64,000 bases of DNA. Origin: an uncultured Thermoplasmata archaeon (lineage in GTDB: Archaea; Thermoplasmatota; Thermoplasmata; UBA10834). Location: NCBI GenBank assembly GCA_963719945.1, contig CAVRDX010000002.1:48529-112528 (forward strand), read 5' to 3'. The notes below the pieces were generated by a model that was given only the letters and a program-made list of their open reading frames with translations, did no database searches and was not told the DNA's origin. This document shows positions 49,480 through 59,305 of the stretch, piece by piece. The stretch's first letter is position 1, and the number at the start of each line of letters is the position of its first letter. The position numbers and the translations under genes were made by a program.

Positions 49480-50283
49480 TCATTGAAGAAACAGATTGTA
49501 TATCATCACGCAAGCTGCAAGATAGACGCCGCCAGTGAATATGGCCCTGACGACTTTGGTCCTCAACTTCTTCAGACCCCATGTCGACCCGATCAGTCCC
49601 ATGACGAACACTAGTGGAGTCAGGACGAGGACGAGGTCGTAGTTGATCGATACACCTTCTTGGAAGGCGTACGCCACGAATGCTGCGGGCGTCAGGATGG
49701 CACCCATGAACGCAGAGGTGCCGATCGCCTTCCTCGTCTCAAATCTGAACACATATATTATGAGAGGGACGCTCACGACGCCGCCACCTATGCCGAAGCT
49801 GCCGATCAGGAATCCTGTCAGGATGCTCACGCCAACTCCGGCGAGCCTGCATTTCAGGCTGAAGTCTGCAGGGCAGACGAGGTTCTCCTTCTTGGCCTTG
49901 TACAGATCATACATCATCTTCGTAGCGACTATCAAGAGCAATACCACAAAACCGAGCTTTGCGATGCGGTCCTCGACTGAAGAAGTGAACATGACGCCGG
50001 CCAGGACTCCTACCAAGCCGCCGGCCGCCAACATAGAACCCAACCTGAAATCCACCAGGCCTTTCCTGCTGTGCGTGTATGCAGCGCTCAGCATCGTGAC
50101 GAATGCAAAGCAGAGGGAGAGCGGGACTATTTCTCGCATATGCAAAGAGGTGAAGAAGACGACCATTATGGGGACGTATAGCTGGCCTCCGCCAAGTCCA
50201 AGGTTAGAGTAGAAGAAGGCGACAGCCCCGACGAGGATGGCCACGATGAAGACATATTCGACACCGATCGATTCGAAGGCCAT
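49480..50283 (-). CDS. TauE/SafE family (sulfite exporter-like) membrane protein
   Basis: GLGGGQLYVP and GIGGGVVSVP internal repeats, AIGTS. Confidence 0.9.
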   Translation of the reverse strand: MAFESIGVEYVFIVAILVGAVAFFYSNLGLGGGQLYVPIMVVFFTSLHMREIVPLSLCFAFVTMLSAAYTHSRKGLVDFRLGSMLAAGGLVGVLAGVMFTSSVEDRIAKLGFVVLLLIVATKMMYDLYKAKKENLVCPADFSLKCRLAGVGVSILTGFLIGSFGIGGGVVSVPLIIYVFRFETRKAIGTSAFMGAILTPAAFVAYAFQEGVSINYDLVLVLTPLVFVMGLIGSTWGLKKLRTKVVRAIFTGGVYLAACVMIYNLFLQ

Positions 50284-50375
50284 GAGCGGATAAAAGGTAG
50301 GCGGATATTAAACAAGTTTGATTATACTCCTGTTCGAATTACGCGTTCCTTTTGCGAAATACATGCAACAATGTG

Positions 50376-50390
50376 ATTGATATTATCAAT
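50376..50390. promoter_or_regulatory. Palindromic operator candidate between tauE-like gene and aor
   Basis: ATTGATA-T-TATCAAT, just upstream of TATA box TTTTATATATAA (about 50404-50415). Confidence 0.5.
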
Positions 50391-50447
50391 GTGTGCTCAA
50401 TCGTTTTATATATAATAGCAATTCATTCTGTGAATGTCTCAGGGGTA

Positions 50448-52250
50448 ATGAGCATGAAGATTCTGAGAGTGGACCTCAGGTCGGAGAGATTCGAGGACTA
50501 CGTCGTCCCGGAAGATGATTGTCGCAAGTACCTTGGCGGCCGAGGATTGGCAGCCAAGATACTGTATATGGAGAACAAGACCAAGATCGAACCACTTGAC
50601 CCCGAGAACCGACTGATATTCATGACGGGCCCATACACTGGGACCTTAGGATCATTCACTGGGTTCTACAATGTCACCACCAAAGGGCCGCTGACTGGAG
50701 CGATACTATCCGCGCACTCTGGCGGTCACTGGGGGCCGATGTTCAGGAAGACGGGATATGACGGCATCATCATCAAGGGCAGGGCAGCGAAACCGTCCTA
50801 TCTTCTGATCACGGACGATGGTCCCGAGTTGAGAGATGCATCGGATCTGTGGGGGAAGGACGTCTTCGAGACGATCGACCTTCTGAAACAGAGACATGAG
50901 AAGGCCAGATCAGCAGTGATAGGACCCTCCGGCGAGAACCTTGCCAAGTATGCGGCGATAATGAACGACCACCACAGAGCCGCTGGCCGTGGTGGAGTCG
51001 GCGCGGTCATGGGCTCCAAGAACCTCAAGGCGATCGTTGTCCACGGGACGAGGGATGTCCCGCAGGCAGACCCTGAGAAGCTCAGAGAATCCTTCAAGAC
51101 AGCGACACAGACCGTGAAGGAGAAATCCGCCGCATTCATGAAGTACGGTACATCCATGGTCGTCGGGATAACTGGAAAGGCAGGAACGATCCCCACGAGG
51201 AATCTGCAGACCGGCTACTTCCCCGACTACGAGAAGATAGGCGGAGACGCCCTCGTAAACAATCACAAGACGAGGGATGTCGCATGTGCCAGGTGCCCTT
51301 TGCACTGCGGGAACGAGACGAAGGCAGAGAACGACTACACAGCGAAGACCGAAGGGCCTGAGTACGAGACCCTTGCTATGTTCGGCTCGAACCTGGGCAA
51401 CTCCAACCTCGAGTCAATAATCATGGCGAACGACCTGTGCAACAAGTACGGCATGGACACGATATCCTGCGCAGACACCATCGCGTGCGCATTCGAATTG
51501 TTCGAGAAAGGCATCATCACCGAGGAGGACACCGGAGGGCTCAAGCTCGAATGGGGAGACCACCGGACGATCATAAAACTGGTCGAAATGACTGGCAGAG
51601 GAGAGGGGTTCGGGAAGCTCATAGGCGAGGGATCGAGAAGGCTGACCCAGAAGTACGGTGCAGAGGCGACAAAGTACGCGATGAATGTCAAGGGGATGGA
51701 GTTCCCTGGTTATGACCCCAGAGGCATCCAGGGCATGGCTCTGGCATTCGCCACTTCCACGAGAGGTGCATGCCACCTCAGAGCGACCATGTATGTTCCC
51801 GAATTGTTCCAGGGAGTTCTGGACAGGTTCACTGTAAAGGGAAAGGCGCAGACATTGAAGGACCTGCAGGAACTTTTCACGGTCTTTGACTCCATGATAC
51901 TCTGCAAGTTCGGCGCGAGGAACGCTTTCGCCAACTCGTGGGACAGCATGGTCATGCTGACAAACGCAGCCACAGGCAATGGATACACCGTCGATGAGCT
52001 GAAGCAGGTAGGCCAGAGAGCGTGGACCGTTGAGCGAATGTTCAACCTGAGGGAAGGGCTCGGGCGTAAGGACGATACGCTTCCGGATAGATTCTTCACG
52101 CTGCCCATACACGAAGGGCCATCAAAGGGAGCGGTTGTCAATAGGCAGGATTTCGACGCTGAGATAGGTGAGTACTATAGGTTGTGGGGCTGGAACGATA
52201 ATGGCGCCCCATCTCAGGATACTCTCGACAGACTCGACATACACATGTAG
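50448..52250 (+). CDS. aor: Aldehyde:ferredoxin oxidoreductase (tungstopterin, AOR family)
   Basis: GGRGL, GRGGVGAVMGSKNLKAI, CARCPLHC, EGPEYET, GMDTIS, RGACH, DDTLP.RF. Confidence 0.95.
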   Translation: MSMKILRVDLRSERFEDYVVPEDDCRKYLGGRGLAAKILYMENKTKIEPLDPENRLIFMTGPYTGTLGSFTGFYNVTTKGPLTGAILSAHSGGHWGPMFRKTGYDGIIIKGRAAKPSYLLITDDGPELRDASDLWGKDVFETIDLLKQRHEKARSAVIGPSGENLAKYAAIMNDHHRAAGRGGVGAVMGSKNLKAIVVHGTRDVPQADPEKLRESFKTATQTVKEKSAAFMKYGTSMVVGITGKAGTIPTRNLQTGYFPDYEKIGGDALVNNHKTRDVACARCPLHCGNETKAENDYTAKTEGPEYETLAMFGSNLGNSNLESIIMANDLCNKYGMDTISCADTIACAFELFEKGIITEEDTGGLKLEWGDHRTIIKLVEMTGRGEGFGKLIGEGSRRLTQKYGAEATKYAMNVKGMEFPGYDPRGIQGMALAFATSTRGACHLRATMYVPELFQGVLDRFTVKGKAQTLKDLQELFTVFDSMILCKFGARNAFANSWDSMVMLTNAATGNGYTVDELKQVGQRAWTVERMFNLREGLGRKDDTLPDRFFTLPIHEGPSKGAVVNRQDFDAEIGEYYRLWGWNDNGAPSQDTLDRLDIHM

Positions 52251-52378
52251 AATCAGCATCAATTGAGATCTGCAATACTGGCTATAAGAACAGGATGAGT
52301 CGAGTGCGTTATCAGATGCGAAAACGGCCATGCGCGGCTTTATAATCCGACTAACTCCTAAACAGCCTCGGTGTCTAC

Positions 52379-53293
52379 TTGATAGAAACCACCGGCCTGG
52401 TCAAGGACTATAAGACTGTGAGGGCGCTTGACGAGATAAGCCTCAAGGTAGGCAGAGGAGAGATTTTCGGATTTTTTGGGCCTAACGGTGCTGGAAAGAC
52501 CACCGCGATCAAAGTGCTATGCGGACTCACCTCTGCCACGCAGGGCGATGCCTCCGTGATGGGCATAGATGTCATCAAGAGGCCTGTGAGGGTCAGAGAC
52601 AATATCGCAATATTGAGCGAGGAGTCAAGGTTCTATGAGGAGATGACCCCACGAAGATACCTCAACATGTTCGGCAAGTTCATGCTCATGTCCAGGACGG
52701 AGAGGACGGCTGCGATAAACAGGGCTGCCGACCTTGCTGACCTCACAGGGTACATCGACAGGAGGATCGCACAATTGTCGATGGGACAAAGACAGAGAGT
52801 CTCCCTCGCAAGGGTGCTGATGTCGGACGTCCCGCTCGTGTTCCTGGATGAACCTTTCGAAGGAGTCGATATATTGCATCGACGGAAGTTGAGGGAGCAC
52901 TTCAGACAGTACGTCGAAAAGGGAAACACGGTATTCTTCACATCTCACAATCTGATCGAGGCGGAGCAGATCGTCGATCGCTTCGCGTTCATCCATAAAG
53001 GAAAGCTCATAGCAGTCGGTACTGCAGAGGAATTGAAGGAGAAGTATCTCGCGCCATCGTACCTCCTGCACGTAGCTGACCCACAGAAGGCAAAGGAACT
53101 GCTGGACAGCAACCTGAGGCTACAATCGATCCAGATATCCGAAGGCAATGTATCCATCGTACTGCAGAAGCGGAGCGACGCCCCGATGGTCGCCAAGATA
53201 CTCGTCGAAGGAGGCGTGGATCTCTACGAGATGAGGACGATCGGCACGATGGAAGAAGTGTTCGAGAGGACTTCAAGAGGTGATTACCAATGA
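52379..53293 (+). CDS. ABC-2 type transporter ATP-binding protein
   Basis: GPNGAGKTT, LSMGQRQR, FLDEP, SHNL. TTG start; TATA at about 52338-52345. Confidence 0.93.
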   Translation: MIETTGLVKDYKTVRALDEISLKVGRGEIFGFFGPNGAGKTTAIKVLCGLTSATQGDASVMGIDVIKRPVRVRDNIAILSEESRFYEEMTPRRYLNMFGKFMLMSRTERTAAINRAADLADLTGYIDRRIAQLSMGQRQRVSLARVLMSDVPLVFLDEPFEGVDILHRRKLREHFRQYVEKGNTVFFTSHNLIEAEQIVDRFAFIHKGKLIAVGTAEELKEKYLAPSYLLHVADPQKAKELLDSNLRLQSIQISEGNVSIVLQKRSDAPMVAKILVEGGVDLYEMRTIGTMEEVFERTSRGDYQ

Positions 53294-55134
53294 CGACCGT
53301 ACCGCCTCCGCCTAGTGACGATGAGTTGCCTCCACCACCAGCAGACATGGCCGAGGAGACAAACCACTATCCAGGGATCAAGATCAAGAAATCAGGCGTC
53401 TTTGCGACCCTTCGCAGAGCCGTGACGATATTCGAAAAAGACCTGAGGACGATGGCAAAGCACGGACTCATAAGTTCGGTCATCCTGCTGATCTTCCTTG
53501 GGCTGATATTCTATATCGCCAGTTACTCGATGTCATTCGCCCTGACCTTCGATTTCAATGAAGGTGGAGACGGCGGGATGTCGATACCTGGAGCGACAGA
53601 GAACGTCCCGCCGGTCGCTGACGCTGGCACATATGGCACAATAGATGCTGGAGACACCATCACACTCGATGCGTCAGGGTCCACGGACAATGCGGAGATA
53701 GTTTATTACATCTGGAACTTCGGAGATTCCGAACGAAGTATAGAACTCTACGGGGAGGCCGTCGAATACACATTCATGGCCGCAGGAACATACAACATAA
53801 ACCTGGTCGTGGTAGACAGTTCATGGAACATGGACGAGGATGAGACGACCATCACCGTCATGAGCACTGGAACAGATGCGGAAATGCCGACTTCAAGCCC
53901 ATCATTCATCGCCGATATTAACGCTGGAAGCATCGTATCATTCGATGGCTCCGGATCCTATGATAATGTTGGTGTGGTCAACTACACCTGGACTTTCTTC
54001 GATTACAGAGATGTCGTACTGTACGGCGTCTCCCCTGAATATCGATTCCAGAACGCAGGGAACTATTGGGTCACTCTGACCGTAAGGGACGCTGCGGGAA
54101 ACACTGGCCAGAATGGATTCAATATCAACGTGATGCGGGACGGGGATGATTCCAGTCAACCAGAAGCGCGCATATCCACCGACGAGTTGGTAAGTCAGGG
54201 GGACACTGTCACCCTGGACGCGACGGAATCCTGGGACGACCAGGGGATAGTCGCATACACATGGTATGTCAAGCAGAATGAGACCACAATGGTCTATGCC
54301 GGAGAGACTGCGATATTCACCGCAGATCATTGGGGACCATATGATGTCACCCTGGTAGTCCGCGATGCCGCAGGGAATGCCATGAGCACAAACACGATGA
54401 TCATCGCACTCCCGCTCGGAATCGATGTGGATGCGATACCATGGACGGCTACACCGTTCGGTCAAGATGTCTCGTTCAACCTTCTGACTTTCGCATATGG
54501 TGCCGCGCTCCTCGCATCGGTAATCTACATAGGCGGCCTGTTCGCAAAGGGGTTCGCACACGAGATACAGAAGGGGACCTTGAAGATCCTGTTCTTCGGA
54601 CCGATCTCTGTGACGACGATGATATTCTCGAAGATACTCTACCCGATCGTGGTGGGGCCGATATTCATCTTCCCGTTGGTCCTGATATCGCTATCACCAT
54701 TCGACCAGTCCGCGAACGATATTCTCATGATAACGTTGGTATCGTACATACTGGCCGTGATCACGATGGTATCGGCGGCCTATGGTTCATGTTTGATATA
54801 TTTCGGCGCCAAGAGGATGGTCCTGAAGCCGACCGTCATCTCCAGGATGTTCATGTACTTCTCACTCATGGGCACCATGACCGTCTTCGAGTGGCTCTCG
54901 TTCCTGTTCGACCAGTGGTTCAAGACGAGCTACTGGGGCGACCTCTACCTAAGCAATGGGTCGACGATCGCGACATTCTCACCGTTCCACCAGGGAGGTG
55001 TGATCCTGTCGAACATGATCATAGGCAGCGAGAGCGTTCCAGATTGGGGCGTGTTCATAATACCCGCGCTGCTCATAGTCTTCGGAGTGCTTGCGTCCCG
55101 TAAACTCTACCCCGATCTGTTCACGAGAGAATAA
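53290..55134 (+). CDS. ABC-2 type permease with three PKD domains in the extracellular loop
   Basis: IFEKDLR + TM1, three PKD units (PVADAG..DASGS.DN..Y.W), HEIQKGTLKIL..P..SKI permease motif plus further TMs. ATGA overlap. Confidence 0.85.
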   Translation: MTTVPPPPSDDELPPPPADMAEETNHYPGIKIKKSGVFATLRRAVTIFEKDLRTMAKHGLISSVILLIFLGLIFYIASYSMSFALTFDFNEGGDGGMSIPGATENVPPVADAGTYGTIDAGDTITLDASGSTDNAEIVYYIWNFGDSERSIELYGEAVEYTFMAAGTYNINLVVVDSSWNMDEDETTITVMSTGTDAEMPTSSPSFIADINAGSIVSFDGSGSYDNVGVVNYTWTFFDYRDVVLYGVSPEYRFQNAGNYWVTLTVRDAAGNTGQNGFNINVMRDGDDSSQPEARISTDELVSQGDTVTLDATESWDDQGIVAYTWYVKQNETTMVYAGETAIFTADHWGPYDVTLVVRDAAGNAMSTNTMIIALPLGIDVDAIPWTATPFGQDVSFNLLTFAYGAALLASVIYIGGLFAKGFAHEIQKGTLKILFFGPISVTTMIFSKILYPIVVGPIFIFPLVLISLSPFDQSANDILMITLVSYILAVITMVSAAYGSCLIYFGAKRMVLKPTVISRMFMYFSLMGTMTVFEWLSFLFDQWFKTSYWGDLYLSNGSTIATFSPFHQGGVILSNMIIGSESVPDWGVFIIPALLIVFGVLASRKLYPDLFTRE

Positions 55135-55145
55135 GGCTAGGGCTC

Positions 55146-55556
55146 TTGCGAAAGCATAATCCGCCGGACGACGATAGCATCCACGTGAAGGTCTGCATAC
55201 CGTGCACATATCCCGGTGGCCCGGATTCGGTTATTGCCACCAGATTCGAGAACACCGACCTTCTGGACTACTACGACATAGACGATGATGGACGCTTTGA
55301 ACATACTGCGCAGATGAGGAACTGCGGTGGAGCGACCTGCGTCGACCCGATCGATGCGATAATCGGGCGTGGAGTCGATGCTGTGATCATCACTGGGCTG
55401 ACCCCCGATTCGCTGATGAGGTTCCACCACGGCTCCGTGAAAGTCCTGATGACGGCAGACCCATCCGTAAGGGCGACCCTCGACGCGCTCGCAAGGAACG
55501 AGCTTGAAGAGATCAAAATAGACCAGTTCGCCTGTCTCGATAAGTCCAGAAAATGA
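55146..55556 (+). CDS. NifB/NifX-family (FeMo-co binding fold) protein, divergent
   Basis: KVCIP..GG.DS.I..RF, GVDAVI..G, V..TLDAL...EL. Confidence 0.7.
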   Translation: MRKHNPPDDDSIHVKVCIPCTYPGGPDSVIATRFENTDLLDYYDIDDDGRFEHTAQMRNCGGATCVDPIDAIIGRGVDAVIITGLTPDSLMRFHHGSVKVLMTADPSVRATLDALARNELEEIKIDQFACLDKSRK

Positions 55557-55589
55557 AGGGTTTTGAGTAAAAGGTTTTGTCCTGTGGAC

Positions 55590-56039
55590 TCAAAGGGCCT
55601 CGAGCTTGCTCTTGTTGGCGAGATTCTCCTTGGCCATCTTCTCCATGATCCTGGCAGCTTCCGACAGCAGGTTCTTCGCGACCTTGGACGAATCGCCGTA
55701 GAACCTCGCGGATGTGCTCTCGATCCCAGCGGCAAAACTGGCCGATGTCTTCAGGTCGGCCCCTGCGGGGATGTTTGGATCCACAATATAGTGTTCCCGT
55801 TCCAGGTCCTGGATCGGCTCGAGGATCATCTCGTTGAGCTTCTCGCGCCTGGTGTTCACCAGCAGGATCTCGCGCTTCTTGTGGTTTGCAGCGATCTCCC
55901 TGAACGTCTCCGATGCCGATGCCATCTTCGGGTCGTTGGCCAACTGTTCGTTCACAGCAGCAGCGACCTTCTCGAGTTCGAGAGCGAAGCGTATGACCGT
56001 GCCGAACGAGTTCAGCTCTGGGAAATCGCATTCAACCAT
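55590..56039 (-). CDS. Ferritin-like/rubrerythrin-fold protein
   Basis: FALELE..F..IA..H..R and FA..IE....FY..MA.E helical pattern. TGATG coupling to mmsA. Confidence 0.72.
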   Translation of the reverse strand: MVECDFPELNSFGTVIRFALELEKVAAAVNEQLANDPKMASASETFREIAANHKKREILLVNTRREKLNEMILEPIQDLEREHYIVDPNIPAGADLKTSASFAAGIESTSARFYGDSSKVAKNLLSEAARIMEKMAKENLANKSKLEAL

Positions 56040-57520
56040 CAATACCACCTGGTGATGACGACCTTCTTGTCCGTGAAGAAGCTCACTGCGTCCTTGCCCT
56101 GACCGTGTAGGTCACCGAAGAACGAATCATTGTACCCGGCGAATGGGAAGTATGCCATTGCAGCGGCGACGCCGACGTTTATGCCGATGTTGCCGCACTG
56201 GACCCTATACCTGAAGTCCCTGGCCCACTTGCCATTTTGAGTGTATATCGACGCCGCGTTCCCGAACGGACTCTTGTGTATGAACTCGATCGCATCGTTC
56301 AGGGAATCCATAGCCATGAAGCTCACGACCGGCCCGAATATCTCCTCCTTGGCGATCGTCATATCAGGGGTGACATCCTTGAACACTGTCGGGCCGATGA
56401 AGTATCCCTTCTCGTAGCCATGGACCTTGATGTTCCTTCCATCGAGCAGCAGCTTTGCGCCTTCCTCGACACCTTTGTCTATGTATCCGAGGACCCTCTT
56501 CTTCGCGGCCTCGGATATCACAGGCCCCATGTTGGACGACTCGTCCAGACCGTAGCCTACTTTGATCTTCTGCGAGGCGTCGAGCAGCTTCTTGAGCAGG
56601 GGTTCAGCGATATCCCCGACTCCGATCAGGTTGGATCCTGCAAGACATCTCTGCCCGGCACAGCCGTAGAAGGATGCTAACATGTTGTTGACGCTCTTGT
56701 CCAAGACCGCATCGGGCATCACAACGAGCGAGTTCTTCGCGCCACCCTGGGCCTGGACGCGCTTTCCATGCTGCCCTGCCATCTTGTATATCCACTTGGC
56801 CACCGGAGTCGAACCGACGAACGAGACACCCTTCACTGCAGGGTGTTCGAACAACGGGTTGACCGCATCCTCCCTGCCGTTCACGAGGTTCACGACGCCT
56901 GGAGGGAAGCCAGCCTCGTCTATCAGCTTGAACATGTACTGAGTGGTCATGGGGACCTGCTCAGACGGCTTGATGATGTACGTGTTTCCTGTTGCCACGG
57001 CATAGGGCCAGAACCAGAACGGCACCATGCCAGGGAAGTTGAACGGGCACACTGCTGCGAACACTCCCAAGGGAGATATGATTGCCTCCTCGTCGATATC
57101 GGCGGCGGCTCCATCCTCAAGGTTGTACCCCATCTGGAGCGATGTTATACCAGAAGCGACCTCGACGTTCTCGATGCATCTGCGGGTCTCACCACGAGCG
57201 TCGTCGATCGTCTTACCCTGCTCCTGTGAGATTATCCTCGCGATGTTCTCGAACTCCCGCTCCATGATGGCCTTCAGATTGAACATCAGCCTAGCACGAG
57301 AGACCGGTGAGGTCTCTCTCCATGCCCACCACGCATCATTGGCCGCCTCTATCGCGGCATTGGTCTCATCACGCGTCGAGAGCGGGACCTGGCCAATCAC
57401 ATCCGTCGTCGCTGGATTCTTCATATCGAGGAGTTTGGATGATTTCGAATCCACCCATTCCCCGTTCACGTAGTTTTTCAGCTTCCCGTAGTTCTTTTTG
57501 ACTTCAGACAATACAGCCAT
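56039..57520 (-). CDS. mmsA: CoA-acylating methylmalonate/malonate-semialdehyde dehydrogenase
   Basis: PFNFPGMVP, KPSEQ, SFVGST, KRVQAQGGAKN, GCAGQRCLA, EEIFGP, FFGDLHGQG. Confidence 0.95.
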   Translation of the reverse strand: MAVLSEVKKNYGKLKNYVNGEWVDSKSSKLLDMKNPATTDVIGQVPLSTRDETNAAIEAANDAWWAWRETSPVSRARLMFNLKAIMEREFENIARIISQEQGKTIDDARGETRRCIENVEVASGITSLQMGYNLEDGAAADIDEEAIISPLGVFAAVCPFNFPGMVPFWFWPYAVATGNTYIIKPSEQVPMTTQYMFKLIDEAGFPPGVVNLVNGREDAVNPLFEHPAVKGVSFVGSTPVAKWIYKMAGQHGKRVQAQGGAKNSLVVMPDAVLDKSVNNMLASFYGCAGQRCLAGSNLIGVGDIAEPLLKKLLDASQKIKVGYGLDESSNMGPVISEAAKKRVLGYIDKGVEEGAKLLLDGRNIKVHGYEKGYFIGPTVFKDVTPDMTIAKEEIFGPVVSFMAMDSLNDAIEFIHKSPFGNAASIYTQNGKWARDFRYRVQCGNIGINVGVAAAMAYFPFAGYNDSFFGDLHGQGKDAVSFFTDKKVVITRWY

Positions 57521-57564
57521 TCTATCGATTCCTCATGGTCTGCGCGACCAAATTCAAGGCAATT

Positions 57565-57680
57565 GAGTTGAACCCGCATAGCAGGCGATTGGAGAACGAC
57601 AAACACCTTATTACAGGTTCGCCTGCGACATATGCCACTGTCAACATTTTATCGTTCCGTTCGTAATACGTTCAACTCGC
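57565..57680 (-). ncRNA. Putative structured 5' leader RNA of mmsA
   Basis: Nested inverted repeats: 9 bp (57565-73/57670-78), 5 bp (57576-80/57631-35), 8 bp (57581-88/57619-26), 4 bp inner stem. Confidence 0.35.
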
Positions 57681-57866
57681 AGGGCGTATTCCGCACTTAT
57701 GTTCTATATATTCGCCCTGGTTTTGCCCGAATGTTGTCCCTCGGTATATATATTGCGGCACAGGCCAGACCTCCGTCTATGAACTGGAATTCGTCGTATG
57801 TAGTGATAGATGAAAAGGATGGAAAAGCGAGGGAAGAGGTTTGACCGATATTTTCTGCCATACTCA

Positions 57867-59228
57867 TCAGAGGCCTGCTTTCTTGCTCTCCTCGGCAATA
57901 GCGGATTCGAGTATGTCCAGACCTTTCTCCAGCAGACCCTGCTGGATCACCAGAGGCGGGTGCAGCCTTATGACATTGCCATAAGTCCCGGCAGTCAGGA
58001 TGTACAGCCCCTTCTTGTGGCAGTTCAGCTGTATGTTCCTTGTGACCTCAGGTATCGGATCCTTGCTGGCCTTCGACTTAACCAGCTCGATCCCCATCAT
58101 TGCGCCCAGGCCGCGGACATCACCGACGATCTCGAATTCCTTCTTCCACTCGTTCAACCGCTTCTTCTCGACCTTGTGGATCATCTTCGTGTTCGGAAGC
58201 GCCTTCTTGGTGAGCTTGATCGATTCGAGCGCACCAGCGCAGCACACAGGGTTGCCGCCGAAGGTACCGCCAAGGCTGGCAGGTCCCGGAGACGACATGA
58301 TCTCCTCTTTGCCCGTGACGCCGCCAAGCGGCATGCCCAGCGATAGGCCTTTGCCGGAGACGAGCAGGTCAGGTACGACCTTCCAGTTCTGGATGCCGAA
58401 CATCTTGCCAGTCCGCCCGAAACCGGTCTGAACCTCATCATCAATGAAGACAATGCCGTTGTCGTCGCATATCTTGCTGACCTTCTCCCAGTATCCCGGG
58501 GGTGCGGGAATGAAGCCGCCCTCACCCTGCACGGGTTCGCCGACGAGGGCGCAGACATCGCCCGCGAGAGGTGATGTCTCTATGACGGTCCTGATGGATT
58601 CCACGCACGCCAGACCACAGGATGGGTGCTCGAGGCTGAGCGGGCATCTATAACAGTATGCGAAATCGACATGCTGCACATACGGCACCAGCGGGTGGAA
58701 GCCTTCTCTGTATGGCTTCTCCTTGCCAGTCAACGAGATGTCCATGAAGGTCCTGCCGTGGAATGATGAACGGTAGCTCACGATCCACTTCTTCTTCGTG
58801 TACGACCTCGCGATTTTCAGCGCGTTCTCGATCGCCTCGGAACCACTGTTCAGGAAGATGCTCTTCGTGAGCTTCCCTGGACAGATGCGAGTCATCTCCT
58901 CCGCTAACTTGACGTACGATTCGTAGGGAGAGACCATGAAGCAGATGTGGATGAACTTGTCCAGCTGGTCCTTGCAGGCCTTTACCATCTCAGCCGGCCT
59001 GTGACCGCAGTTGTGCACACCGATACCGACCGTGAAATCGAGATAGACGTTCCCGTCCACATCCCTCATGAACGGCCCCTCGGCATATTCCAGCGCGGCC
59101 GGAAGACCGATCTTGATGCCGTCGGTCACGCATTTCTCCTTCCTCTTCAACATCGCTCTTGTCTTGGGTCCCGGAGGTTCGATCACGATCTTCGGACCCT
59201 TCAACTTCACAGATTTCTTGCTTGCCAT
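57867..59228 (-). CDS. gabT: Class III PLP aminotransferase, 4-aminobutyrate aminotransferase-like
   Basis: DVDGN.YLDF, NSGSEAIENA.KIAR, FHGRT, EPVQGEGG, DEVQTGFGRTG, SGKGL, GGTFGGNP. Confidence 0.85.
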   Translation of the reverse strand: MASKKSVKLKGPKIVIEPPGPKTRAMLKRKEKCVTDGIKIGLPAALEYAEGPFMRDVDGNVYLDFTVGIGVHNCGHRPAEMVKACKDQLDKFIHICFMVSPYESYVKLAEEMTRICPGKLTKSIFLNSGSEAIENALKIARSYTKKKWIVSYRSSFHGRTFMDISLTGKEKPYREGFHPLVPYVQHVDFAYCYRCPLSLEHPSCGLACVESIRTVIETSPLAGDVCALVGEPVQGEGGFIPAPPGYWEKVSKICDDNGIVFIDDEVQTGFGRTGKMFGIQNWKVVPDLLVSGKGLSLGMPLGGVTGKEEIMSSPGPASLGGTFGGNPVCCAGALESIKLTKKALPNTKMIHKVEKKRLNEWKKEFEIVGDVRGLGAMMGIELVKSKASKDPIPEVTRNIQLNCHKKGLYILTAGTYGNVIRLHPPLVIQQGLLEKGLDILESAIAEESKKAGL

Positions 59229-59305
59229 GTCATCATGCTCCTTTTGATATCATAAAAGTCGAGCGTAAAGAGTTTGATGGGGAGTTGCCGATTGCAGTCG
59301 GCAAC

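Noticed and set aside
57565-57680. Terminal-stem RNA of about 115 nt as 5S rRNA
   Set aside because: Lacks conserved 5S loop motifs on either strand; kept only as a leader candidate.
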